This document shows positions 23,783 through 36,726 of a stretch of 64,000 nucleotides of DNA, in pieces. The stretch's first letter is position 1. Each line of letters begins with the position of its first letter. The stretch is from Fistulifera solaris (lineage: Eukaryota): NCBI GenBank assembly GCA_030295235.1, contig AP026124.1, positions 2,108,001 through 2,172,000 on the forward strand, given 5' to 3'. The position numbers and the translations under genes were made by a program. The notes under the pieces were generated by a model. That model saw only the letters and a list, made by a program, of their open reading frames with translations, had not been told where the DNA came from and searched no databases.

Positions 23783-25267
23783 CTAGGGAATCGTTTCACC
23801 AATCTCCCCCGAACCGTACCAATCTTGTTGAACTCGCGTACTGGAGAAGATCGGAAGTCGGTTCTTCATGTGAACCATATCTATTTCCCACATGATATCG
23901 TCCGACAAAGGCTCTTTGATCTGAAAGTATTTCAGGCTTTGTTCGAGTTGCTGCATATTGCTATGACCGACGAGAGTCGTCGTGATCAGTGAGCGCTGGC
24001 GACACCAACGAAGAGAGAGTTCGGTAAGACTCATCTTGTATTTTTCAGCGATGCGACTGTACTCTTGGATCGCTTGCTGCGCTGCATCGGTTCGGTATCG
24101 ATAAGGGTGCCACCCCATCCTCGGGTATCCATCCGTCCCCGAGGATTCTCCAATGACTGAATCGCGCGTTCGCGATTGGGAAGGTCATCCAGGGCTGCAG
24201 GAATGTCCATGTATTTTCCGGTCAACATGCCCCCGCCAAGGCGTTGTACGACATAAACCCAACATTCTCATTGAAAGGAGAAGCCGCTTCGGCGACACCA
24301 TTTTCTTCGCTTTTGCGGTCAATGAGACTAAAGTCCCCTTGTATGGAACAAGGGGTGTCGTCCCAAGAGCTTTGGCGGTGCGCGTACACGCTGTCAATCC
24401 GTAGGCATTATCGTTGCAGAGTCCCCAACCCCGAATTTTTCCTTCTTGGACCAGTTCTTCCATAGCCAAACAGAGATCTTCAAAAGAAGTCGGGCCTCCC
24501 ATAGACCGCCAGTAAAGATTTGAATCATTTTCCATGTTATATGCGAGACTTTGACCCCAGTTGCTTTGCGGTGAGTATCTCTGAGGCCAATGCAACTGAT
24601 ACACGTCGATGTAATCCGTTCCCAATCGTTTGAGACTTCCGATACCTGTACAGCAGGTCAGATGAATGTAGAAAGGTTCACTTGACAAGTTTGTTGGTAC
24701 ACTTACAGTCTTTCTTAATATTTTGAGGTGTCACATTTCGTCCGCCGGTAATTTTTGTCGCAATAACCACTTTCCTTCGATCGACTTTGCGATCTCTTAA
24801 CCATTTACCAATCACAATTTCCGTATCGCCTTCCCTAGCCTTATCGCCATCGGAAGGAATGGGATATTGTTCCGCAGTATCGAGAAGATTAACGCCGTTT
24901 TCGAGAATAGCCTTATCCATGAATGCGAAACAAGCGGCTTCGTCGGGGCATTGAAATCCGACGAAACCCAACGTTGCGTCCCTAAACCTAACTCGGAGAC
25001 AACAATATCCGATCCTCCTAATCGCCGGTGTTTCATATCATTCACTGTTCGAATGATTTCATTCGTTTTCCCTTTCGAAGTAGCTCCGTTGGTCGATCGG
25101 CCTCCAAAGAATCCTCCAAACAGTGAGGACGCCAAGACGGTCCGCCGGGAAGTACTTGTGACCATGGAAGCCGTCGTAGCATCGCGTCCTTGGCCCGTAT
25201 AAAAGGCATCCAAAGATACCGCAAAGATCGCTCCCCAAGCGATTATGAAGAATGTCAATGAAGCCAT
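23783..25267 (-). CDS. Aldo/keto reductase (Tas-like), plastid presequence; intron 24646-24706; several frameshifts
   Basis: LGLGTQ, LDTAEQY, IATK, LGTDYIDVYQLHWP, GKIRGWGLCN; signal ending LDA-F. Confidence 0.9.
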
Positions 25268-25810
25268 GCTTTCAATTGTTTGAAATGAATGACCTATCTA
25301 TGCCATCTGTTGCTGGTATTATGCTTTATAGGCAGTGCGATTTGGCAAATTTAAAGGAAGCGTGACTCATGCTAGAAATCCAGTCAAGACATTGCGGAAA
25401 CTACACTTCAAATGTATACTCCTACAATTACTGGCGACTGAATATTAAATGAGTCGTGGTAAAATTCAACAGGCATTTTCTAACTACAGTACTACGTATA
25501 ATCTTCGCTGACTGATTATATCTATCCTACTGCGATTTGCGATGTTTATAGTTAAGAGAACATCCTCAATCCGTACAGAATATTATGAATGTAGAGTACT
25601 GTGGGCAAGTTTTCTGCCTACATGTTCTGGGATACGAAAACCGGACCTCCGAAGTGCGGGGAAATGTAGAACGAGAGCAGCGCAGCAACGCAAGAAGCAA
25701 AAGCGTCCGCAGGACTGCAGCAGTCGAAAAGAAGCACTGCATTCCACGAACCAAGTGCGAATAAGATTATCGTTGACAGAAAAGATTCATCGCAAACATA
25801 TCAATTCAAC

Positions 25811-26484
25811 ATGGCAACTGACATTTGTATTCGTAGACTGACGAAAGAGCTGGCGGCCATGCAAAAGGACCCGATCAAGCAACCCAAGATTACCGTGGCA
25901 CCCAACGAAAGTAACATGCTGGAGATGCACTATGTCATTGAAGGAAGCACGGGGACGCCGTACGAAGGAGGAGTGTATCACGGAAAGCTCATTTTCCCAA
26001 AACAGTATCCGTTAAAACCACCGGGAGTAATGATGCTAACTCCGTCGGGTCGCTTTCAACCCAATCGACGTCTGTGTCTTTCGATGAGTGATTTTCATCC
26101 GGAATCATGGAATCCCATGTGGTCGGTTTCGACGATTTTGACGGGTCTATACTCTTTCATGCTTGACAATAATCCAACTTTGGGGAGTATTGAAACGTCG
26201 ACGCGCAAAAGCGGCAACTAGCGGAGGCTAGTTTGGAATATAATGTGAAAAACGATCCCATATTCTGTAAGCTGTTTCCGCACTATGTCGAGCGTTATGA
26301 GGAGGAACTTCGTGTGCGTCAACAAAATGGAGAAAACATTACTGTGGCACAACCTCCTTCGAATGCTTTGTGTTCGGGTAATGCTTTGTTTCCCCGGCCA
26401 CAGGAGGGACGGAACTTTCTCATGGCAACCATGGCCGGCGTTGCGGCGATTCTTTCAATCGTGGTGGCCGTACGCTTCCTGTAA
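25811..26484 (+). CDS. UBE2J2: ER tail-anchored ubiquitin-conjugating enzyme Ubc6/UBE2J2; frameshift at ~26208
   Basis: TPSGRFQPNRRLCLSMSDFHPESWNPMWSV; C-terminal TM helix. Confidence 0.93.
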
Positions 26485-26776
26485 TCTGATCGGAAGGGTG
26501 ACAATTCAATGTGTTTTGACAAGCTTATAGCCCTTATGGCATTTCTAATCCTTGAAACGACCGGTTCCATGCAGAGCCGGCTTGCTATTCGGACTAGTCA
26601 CGTTGACTAAGGGACAGTTTTCTCACTGCTCATCAGTTCCATTGTAGTTTAATCATCATAAACATAAATAATAATAATAAAAAAGCAAGGGCTGTATGAA
26701 TCAGTGTTTCTATACAAACAAAGCGTCTGTGTTACACATCTTTTGAAGATGGCTTTATTCTGTCATAATCATTCAT

Positions 26777-28593
26777 TCACCCTTCCGCACTATGTGACTT
26801 CGCTTGATGCTTGGGCTGGAAATGAAAGCCTTCTGGCACAGGTCCCAAAAGCATTTCCGATATCCTTATCCAATCCGAGGCTTCGCTGGAGAGAAAGAGA
26901 GTTTCGAGATCGCTGCGCCCGCACATGAAGGGTGGAACTCTTTGATTCATCGACTGCGATGCTGTTTCCAACAAGCCAATGGGGACCTGTAAAGACAATG
27001 CAAAAGTAAAACGTCAGTAGGAGCGTACTCTTTGTTTCTAAACTTCAGCAAAAGTATAACTTACATAGCGATGTAGGAAAGAAAGCCATTCCAGTAGGAA
27101 TCGTCGACAATTATCAACTCCTTTCTGATCACTTCCCCAATGCTCCAATCCGAATCGCACGAAATCTTTCAAAATGTCTAATCTCTCTGTAGCCGAAATA
27201 TCCCATTGTCTCTTTTCTTTGATTTCGGTTGGCAGCCAAGGCTTAATTAGGGCCCCTCTTCCCAACATCGCACACGAAGAAATTCCTTCACGTGATGTAC
27301 TTTCTTCGTAGTCTTTGTACGAGAAAATGTCGCCGTTTCCTATAACAGGAATCTTGGGTAGACTGTTATCTTGGTTTAGAGCTGCTTTTGATATGTAATC
27401 CCAGTCAGCTTCCTTGGAGTATCGCTGGAGGCGAGAACGACCATGAATCATGACAGCACCAACCCCACCCATACCCCAGTTTTGAATCTTCGCGACCAGT
27501 TCATGGGCAAAGGCTTCGCCATGTCCCAACCTGTTCTCATTTTGATTGTTACAGGACAAGAGATGGTTTGTGTGATACCTTTGATTGTGTCTTTGATCTT
27601 ATTTTGGCGCAACATCAAGGCTGCACCGGCTCCCTTGTCGTTGATGATATCCAGTGGGCATCCTAGATTCAAATCAACAAAATCTACTTTCGTATGATTT
27701 TCAATGAGTTCACATGCACGTGTGAATAGATCTGCATGTCCTGCTGCAAGCTGCACTCCGAAAATATCTTCGTCGACGTGTCGTTTCAGGAGAGCCCATT
27801 CGGAAGCGTTACCCATCAAAATATGTGAGGCAACCGCCATTTCACCGCAGGTAATGTCAGCACCCAACTTTTTCATCACGCGACGAAAAGGTAAATTGCC
27901 GACAGTCGTTAGAGGAGCAATATAAACTTTGTTGGAGAAATCAATCGTCCTTCGCGACTTTTCAGGGAGAGGTGTCATGTCGGGTAACACTTCGCTGCTC
28001 TCGTTCTCTTCGGGGGCAGAGCGATTCTCGTGCGCGTCGTCCTTCTTTTTTTGGTTAAACTTTTGGCAAACAAAGGGATAATCGTTTCTGCGTAATTGAG
28101 ACTGAACGTCACGATCTAGCAAGTTAAGAACGCGGGTAGAAGCATCAACTATCCCTTCTTTCCGCAGATTTTCTCCCGTCGCGAGATTAAGATGAGACCC
28201 TCCAAGTCGACAAGTAGCTCCGTACATGCAAAACCCATAGAGGTTGTAGTGAGGACAACCACCTTCGATTTGATCGATATCGGGTGGCCTCGAAGCAAGA
28301 AAAGCCTTGATGTCGTGGGAAAATTTGCACGAGTCTCCGTGTGTGCAGACGTCACCTCGTAGATGAATCAGACACATCTTTTCAAGGTCACCATTCTCTT
28401 CGCGAAGTCGTTTATTTTTCCTTCTGTTTTTACGACTTTTGGGGTTTTCGGAATTGACGGGGATTGTTGGGGCGATAGGAGGCAAGCAAGAGGCACGCTC
28501 AGACAGAATGAACTCTGCTTTCACGCGCACCGAAAATCGTTCGTTTTGACCGGATCCCTTTCCCTCAACTTGACAGGTATTTTCTTCTTCCAT
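26777..28593 (-). CDS. DUS3: tRNA-dihydrouridine(47) synthase; intron 26987-27064; frameshift at ~27510
   Basis: Two CCCH fingers, APLTTVGNLPFRR, DLNLGCP, HGRSRLQRY, GLEHWGSD. Confidence 0.95.
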
Positions 28594-28988
28594 CTTGCAC
28601 TGTTTCTGATTATTTTTCGGCAGCGGTAAGCGAGGCGATTGGTTTTTACTACTGTCAATGGAATAAATTGCTCACTTGTCGGCAACCGGCAAACACCTTT
28701 TTTCTCTAAAAAGATTTCATGGCCGTGAAAACTCCTTTGGCAAAAATGTCACATACGGAGTATCTTCCAATGTGCGACGGACGTCGTACAGAAGCGCCAT
28801 GGGAGCTTTTCGCTTCGCTACTTGTACCTGGTAACCTTAATGGTTAAGGACGTTAAAATTCTGCCTCGAGTGCAAAATTCTACGTAGTGTCCACGACGCG
28901 GCAGTATTTTCACGTCGTTCCAATAGTTAAGAAACCTCTACCATCATGTAAACGCTTTATTTTTTTACAGCTACATATACAAGATCGG

Positions 28989-31900
28989 TTACACCCCAGA
29001 GCTGCTGGTCCATTTCGTTCGATACTGCATAAGCTGCTCTGGAGGGAGCTTCGCGATAGCCGACATGCTTGAAACGCCACGTTGACCACTGTTTTCGAGC
29101 ATGTGGGCACATCGCATCCAGCCCTCCCACTGCCTTGGGTCTTCGTATATCTTTCCATCTAAAAGACGTGGTAAGAGTTCATTGCAAATCCAAGAGTGAA
29201 GACTCTCGTGCTGAGAGCAAACGAGAATACAGGTCCGCATGAATGCAAGAGGCAGCTTTTCACCACGAGTCAAAAATGTTCCGCTAATGTGATCCAGAGC
29301 GGACATGACTACTGAATCGTTGTAAACTTCTTCTTCTTCAAGACACAATTTTATCGCTGAAAGGTAACGGCGTTGCTTCTGCTGTTGCGGTAGGTCTAAA
29401 GAAGAAAAATCAAGCTTATGAAGTAAAACCAACTGTTCACAAAGCGTCATTCCTCTCAGAGCAGGGTTCTCTTCGTCTTGTTCTTCACGGAAAAGAAGTG
29501 CCTGGGCATGAAGACGTTCCCCCATTCTAGCCAAAGCGGTCATAAAAACCTTATCATCGGCGGCCACAAAGTCAACGAATCTCGTCTCGAGATCTTTTCT
29601 TAGCATATATCCAACTACGGGAATGACAAACCGTGGATCCTTCTCACCTCCATCGGGCTTCTTCATTTCCTGAATTTCGTAGCAGACGTCAATGACATCT
29701 TGATCGGGGTTGTTACGATCAGACAGAGATGCGAGGTTTTCAAGGAATGTCAACAGCAATGGTACCTCATTGGGACCTGTCATCTTAGCCACCTTCAAAG
29801 CGATATCTATTTTGCCATGCTTTGCAGCACTTGCTTTTGATAGTTTAAACATGTTTGCGCGAACAGCTTTTGAGAGAACGTCAGCCTTTTCGGCAGAACT
29901 CAAAGTGAACAGGACTTCAATCATCTCTGGAATGCGAAGGCATATAGCCATAAACAAAAGAGCAGGTCCTCTCATCTGCTCTAAGACCTGCTTTTCTTCG
30001 CTGCTAACAGCAATATAGGGGTTCTTCTTTGCTGCAGCTAAGACTTTCGGATCAGCTTCCTTGTTGGCCTTCTCTATCTGGTCATAGCATTCGATCGCCT
30101 TGTTCGAGGCGTATCTCAATTCATCTTTCGCGGCATTTGCTACAAAATCTGAAAGCGACTCATTCTTTGTGAAAAGAACGTTGACAACTAGGCCTAAGCA
30201 ATTTTCTTGTACCTTGGGATGTGATGGCAGCCGACCTGACGCGATCGCAGCAGCGCAATTTACGGCCCACTTGCGAATTTCAGCTGAAGTTTTCTGACAT
30301 GCGAGATCTCGCAGAATAAGTAAGCCGCATTTTGCGCGCTTTTCGGCAGCTTGCTTGGCAGCATGTGTTGCGGCAGCCACAGCAATCGCTTCCTGACTAG
30401 TCTGGCGTTGGGCTGAAACAACCTTCTTTGTTATATCTTCTAGATCACACAAGCCAGCGAGAAGGGTCACCGACGTTTGCGTCACGCGAGGTAAAGACGT
30501 CATTACCATTTGAAGCCTGTGACAGGCGTCAGCAGCGGCTTTCTTTCTACCTTCGTCCGTTGGTTTTTGGTTGGCAACTTCACCGGCATAAACAACAAGG
30601 GATACATACAGCGCTAAGGTGCAATCATATTTCCACCACTTGCTTTCAGTCACAGTATCGTCACAACACTGCATGAATGCTTCACTCAACAAGGCTTGTC
30701 CGATCGATGTGGTTACACCATTACTATCTGACATCGGCATTACATCAGCAGCGAGCGATGAAGCAACAAGAGGATGAACTTCAATGAATTTAAACAAGGA
30801 CAGCGCTGTTTCTTCATCAAAATATCTTCCCTGCATTTTGGAAATGCCTTGTTTAGCCATGTTGTATTGCTCTTCCTGAGCCGCACTCGGGTGGATATTT
30901 TTCAACACGAAAGACAGCCGAGACGTAACCTGACCTGCCAGAGAACCTAAGTATTTAGATCCGAAATTAGTTACAGATGCCAGTATTCGACCGAGTGCAT
31001 TAGAAGCCGCCAAGTCAATCTGATCGTGAACTATTTTGCGTCGCTTCTTCTCGCGCTCGTCTTCTTCTTCATGTCCGCTGCTCTCAAAGTTCAAGCTCAG
31101 CAACCCGACAAAGTTCTCTTTCAAATTGTACTTCTCGTCAGACTCAATGTCAACGTTCCAGGCGGCGCTGCCATCCCTTTCATACCAGTGACCCTCTTCC
31201 TGTGACAAAGATGCCCCATTCGTCATAATCGCATCGACAATATAATCCAGAGAAATAGATATTTTTCCAGACTCGCTCGTTAAGCGCTTCGGACGTTCGC
31301 TTGGTAGATGATTTAGGTTCACCATGATAAGATCAATCGAGTCCGACATACTCGTGGGTAGCTGGATACCATGCCCTAAACCTCTCGCCGCTTTGGCAGC
31401 TCTCATCTTAGCCAAGGCGTCGTCTGTTTCTCGTTGTCGACGGCTTGAACGATCATTGTCGCTTGCGTCCCATTCGTAATACATGTTGGCCCGATTGCGC
31501 GCTGCACGACCAGCTGTTTTCAGGTCAGTTGCCTGTTTGGCCATGGAAAGAGCTTTGTCGGCTTGAATTTCCATGTCGTACGTTTTCAGCGCACTGTGTA
31601 GGACATCAGATGCTTTCGAAGTGATGGATAAAGAGTTTCGTAACATAGCCAAACACGTAGACTTTAACTGCGAAGTGATCGCTATGACTGCAGATTTTGA
31701 CAGCACCCCGGTCTCCGAATAAACTGGGGGCTGGACTGCCCTGCGAGAAATACAGAATGAGACCTCTTTGAAAAAGGCCGGACGGTTCGCCGCCAAGGCT
31801 TGCATGGCGTTGATACTCAATGTGTAAGACTTCTGCGATAGTTCAAATTCAAACTCCAAAGCACTACGATCAAGTTTATAAGCCAAAGCGTTGCCAGTGT

Positions 31901-33226
31901 CTTCTTTTGGCAAGTTTGATTCAATTTCCAGATATGCTAGTGCTGCTGGCTTCAATATCGAAACTACCTGCGATGATGGAGACCCTCCTCCCCCAGATGT
32001 CATGAGCATATCTGAAAGAATGTTTGCGTCAATTTTTATTTGTCCACCAAGAAATGTTAGGCCTCGCAAAGTTGTAAACGCATACTCGGCGACAGATTCT
32101 AGTGCTTCTCGCGTAATGACTGGATGACCTGCAGGAAGTTCGTCGAGCGAAAAGTCCGAAGCAGCCTACGACAAAGCAAAAACGTGAGACAGACAATCGA
32201 CTTGAATCCTCCTATGGCGTGCAGGTGACAACTTACGGTAGGTCCGCGACGTTTTCCCACGGCATCTTGAGCCTTGAACGAACAGCAAAGAATAACAATT
32301 TCCAAAAACTTGATACAAGCACTGCGAATGGCTTCACCAGAATTACCCAAGAACAGCTTTTTAAATACCCCTTCTACCATTCGCATAACCGGTCCGTAAA
32401 GACGATTGGCTCCACGATCATCTGTATCTTTGATGCGTTGCGCAATGTGCCGCAAGCTAGGTCGGAGCGAAGCGCATGCCGCCAATACTCCACGCGAGGC
32501 TACCGCACCTTCGCCTTCATCAGATGTTAGCACTCCCGGTTCAGTACAGGCAATAGAAGCTTGAACCCAATATCGCAAAATCTCTGCTTCACGAGCTGTT
32601 CGCTTCGCCAGTCGCTTCTGCAGCAACGGTTTGAGCGCTGGGTTCGCGGCAGATGATGAATGCGACCCTCCCGCACCGTAGGGACCAGCTTGAGGCCCGG
32701 ATGTCGTCGCATCCAACCAGCTACCTGCCTTATGGCATTCTTTCCAGAAATTGTGAAAGAACTCGAGACTAGCCCCCAGCTTGGCCGGGTTTCGTTCAGA
32801 CTGGGCCATTTCCAAAACGACCGGCAACACCAGATCGGATACAACTCTTTCGTAAACGTCTTCGACACTTGCTTCGATGCCTTCTATTCCATCACCTCGA
32901 TAATAAGTACGCGCAATAGAAGGTCCGGTGTGAGCCGCAACTTCTAATACAGGACGTAACATCGTCGCCAGTTCTTCATGAATATTGGGCGCCCCTGGAG
33001 CTGACGAAGTCCTGACACCCGGATGAATCCGTACATCGTCTAACGCCGAAACAATGCGACCCTCGAGATCATCAATCGCCAGTAAAAGGGGATCTTCAAT
33101 TTCCATCTCTTGTTCCTGAAGTTCCGGCTGGGCGTTATCATCGTCCGAAAGATTGTCGTCCTGTAGACCCGCCAGTGTGTCGTCTAACGATTCGCGCATC
33201 ATGTTTCCGCCACTTCGCATCGCCAT
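28989..33226 (-). CDS. SYMPK: Symplekin/Pta1-like mRNA 3'-end processing scaffold; intron 32166-32236
   Basis: N-terminal IKFLEIVIL...FSLDELPAGHP; C-terminal PLAFMRT...LLPRL...QWEGWMRC. Confidence 0.8.
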
Positions 33227-33572
33227 GAGGTTTCCTTTCTCTGAATCAAACTTAATAAAGGAACTGGCTCGATCTTTGTATTATTTGATGGTAGAATCAA
33301 GGATAGCAAGCAAAGTCTATTGCTTATTATTATGTTGTTGTCTTCTGTCTTGATCTTTTTGCGGGCTGAGATCGTTGGGCGATGGACAGAGCGGGTCGTC
33401 GTCATATTCGTGACCAAACCATTCCCGATTGAGCTGTGGATCAATTCCCCAAGAGGCAAACGCTTATTACGATCAGCGCTAAATAGAAAATCACAGCATA
33501 ATTCCTGTTTCGAATAGCAAAGAGAACAATATGTTCCTCGATTTTATCGAAGATTAGACGGATTGCAACAAT

Positions 33573-35019
33573 TCACGGTGCATTCATTGTCCTTCGCGAA
33601 TCGAATTGAAAGCCGCCTACACAAAGTTGTAGTGACCTTTGCATTTGTTCGATGTCTTCACCTAGTTCCTCATCTACTTCGTGAGCTCTAGGTATGGCGG
33701 TTCGTGCTCCGGGTCCACCGAGCTTCCGCCCAGCTACCCACGATGCGAAAGAAAGTGCCAAGCGAGGTTTATGTCTCATTTGCGAATGCAATTTGGCCAA
33801 AAGATAGGCACCGAAGAATGCGTCCCCAGCGCCAGTTGTATCTACAATCTCCACATTTGACAGGATACCTGCCGTTTCCAAATGGTATCTGGCAGTACAA
33901 AGCACATCTTCTTTCTCGTCATTCACATCGGAAAGGACTTGTTTGACGGAAGCGCGCGTCAAACCGTTGTCAAACACCGAAACCGAAACCTCATTCACGG
34001 GCATAATTTGTTTGTTTTCTTCTTCGATTTGAATCGAATCGCAGCGGATAAAAGCTGAACCCTGACTTCCTCTTGTGATGACAACCTCCTTCCCTATTTG
34101 GTTGTACCATCGCGTAAAGAAAGCACTCGGACGAATGAGATGAGCGAGTAGCTGTGCATCCGCTTCCTTTATTTGATCGTTATGACATACAGATACTGGC
34201 ATGAGCGGACTTCTCTCTCGCGATTCCTCCAATTCTCGAGTGAGCTTTGACAGATAATCCTCGAGTTGATCAGCATTTGTCAGAACAATCGACGCAACAT
34301 CGAGTAGTGCATCCAGTGCCTTGCTATTCCGGTCTTTCTCGACATCCAAAGAGACGGGTATACCCCTTTTTTGGGCTTCGCGCGCCAGCTCCAGAGCTAC
34401 ATCGGTATGTCGAGCGTCTGTGTGAAGCAACGCAACATTCTGGAATAGATCGTTCCTATCCACTCGTTGCAGATCTTCTAACGTCAACTCCCCACAGGTC
34501 CCAGGAGTATGAATGCAAGTTCTTGTGTGTTCTTCCTCACTGACGACTATTGTAGTAAATGCCGTCGTCGATCCTTCGTTCCCCACTCGAAACAAAGGAG
34601 AGGAAAGGTCGACACCTTCGGCCTCCAAATCGGCCATAATCTGTCGACCCACATAGTCATCGCCGACCTTGGTACACAACTGGATGCGATAGGACTCCGG
34701 AAAAATGGCAGCGCGTGACAATCGCGCCATGGCGGTCGCGGTATTGGCCGCATTTCCTCCGCCGACTTCGTGGTAGACCGTCGTCCGCACTTTGGCGTCG
34801 GGGGATGGATAATGCGACACGCTCAGCAAACGATCCATCCCGCAGGCTCCGATCACCAGAATGACTTTTTTTATTGTTTGTGCTCATGGGGGGCCGAGAG
34901 TTGTATCTGCGTGTTGTCGATGGTACGAAATGGAAATTGAAATGCCGAACCCCAGGAAAAGCGAACGAGGGTTGACAAACGATTATCCAGCCCAACAACG
35001 TCTTCCAATACTGTATCAT
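33573..35019 (-). CDS. PfkB-family carbohydrate kinase with signal/plastid presequence; frameshift at ~34868
   Basis: GGGNAANTA, VGDDYVG, VDTTGAGDAF signature; signal ending SFA-F. Confidence 0.92.
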
Positions 35020-35518
35020 GAGGGTAATTCATGAAGTTATCAATCGTTGGAACGGCTTTGAATCTGTTATTTGGACTGGACTACCGTGCTTGTCGCTGAC
35101 ACTTTTTGTAAAATCAAAAAATGCTGTCGAAAATAAGGGCCCGAATTTCCTGACGATGGCCTTCCCTCCGATGGTGATAAAGACAATCAAAATTTAGAAT
35201 AGAACACAGCAACCCATTGCTGAATTGCAAAGTTAATAGGAGGCCTATGAAGCATCGAATGAATAAGTCACCGAAAAAATAAAAAACAGGCGGACGCGAG
35301 AAAAGGGCGAAATCAAGTAGAAGCAGTACGTCACGCTGCGACAGCAAGCGCCTGACAACAAGATTGAGCTTCAAACAAGCTGCAACAGAGCCGTAGATGA
35401 TAGCTTTTGTTATTATCGGCTAATCATTCTTTAAAAGTTCTAGTATTTACGACATTCGTCTTACGCAGGCTCACGCTTCCCATATAATAGCGTGAGCGCA
35501 ACAAATTAAATTCGGGCC

Positions 35519-35743
35519 CTACTTCTTGGCAGCCGCCTTTTGTTTCGCTGCTTGTTGTGCCAAGTGATGAGCTCGAGCGGCCTCATAGGCAGCCGCGGCA
35601 AATCCACCCACCATGGGTCGGTGATTGCCGGAAGCAGCCGGGGCAGGTTCGGGCTGCGGGGTTTCATCGTCTTCCTCCGAGTCGTAGTCAAAACCTAGGC
35701 CGCCAGCCATGGGTTGCATAACACTCGATTGGCGACGCGACAT
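35519..35743 (-). CDS. Small 74-aa hypothetical protein
   Basis: ATG in ACA-ATG context; GC-rich coding-like segment inside AT-richer DNA; FDYDSEEDD acidic patch and RPMVGGFAAAAYEAARAHH helix. Confidence 0.7.
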   Translation of the reverse strand: MSRRQSSVMQPMAGGLGFDYDSEEDDETPQPEPAPAASGNHRPMVGGFAAAAYEAARAHHLAQQAAKQKAAAKK

Positions 35744-36726
35744 TGTATTCTTTTGAAATGTAGGGTCAAGGAAATGTAAAATGAAAGTTATACGAAAAGC
35801 TGTCGTTCGATAAGCGCAGCAAAAGGGAGTGTTGTGTTCGATTTTTATGAAAGTTGTCACGATGACCTCCGCCGTCCGCGGGTGCAGAATTGCGGACGGA
35901 AGAAGGAAGAAGCGGCCTCGCGCCTGGACCGCAATGACCCTGTCGACGCCGCATGAACACTTTCGAAGATACAAAAGTTCTTCGAAAAGCTCAAGTAACG
36001 TAAAGGGCCTTTTCGAGTCATTACTAAGTCCTGGAAAACATACAGTCCAGTACCGCCTTTCGTGTAATTTTGGCGTCTGATGTCATTGGACTCCTGAGTC
36101 ACGAGTCTTTCCTTGTCCGGAGTTCTTGAAATTTTAGTACATGCAATACTTTGTACGTCATGTTCTTGGAACTTGAAATACGACTACAATTAACTCACTA
36201 TGGTTAATGTTTCTAAAACTCATTGTATGGCCTCGCTATTCGACCTCTACATTAGGCGCGTATTTACAAGTACAAAGTGGGCCGGCCTCGTGCCACGTTT
36301 TGAGCCAGGAAGATTTCTCTCAAATTTAGTTCTCCTTTCACTAGTTTCTTACTACTAGCGTAACTTACGAGCGACATCGGCAACAATCGTCTGTCCATCC
36401 ATATATAGGTCTCAGGAAAGCGCCTGAGCAAAAAGTTCATAGGAAAGTGGCTTTGAATTTAATCGGCTTGGGGGTTATCTCTGCATTACTTGAGGGCGTA
36501 CCCAGGTGTGGTCGTTCTTTGGCTGTGATTTAAAGAGAGATAGGCGCAAAACTAAAAGCAAAATGCATCATTCTTCATCAAAGCGCATCTTCTGTTAATC
36601 AAGATGGCAACAGTCCGCATAAGAGGCTCGTGAGCTCGGTTGAGCGTGAAGAAAGATCTTTCTCTAAGAACCAATTCTGAAACGCCGAAGTTTGACAATT
36701 GCCGGTTTCGCTAGTAGAATGCAGAA

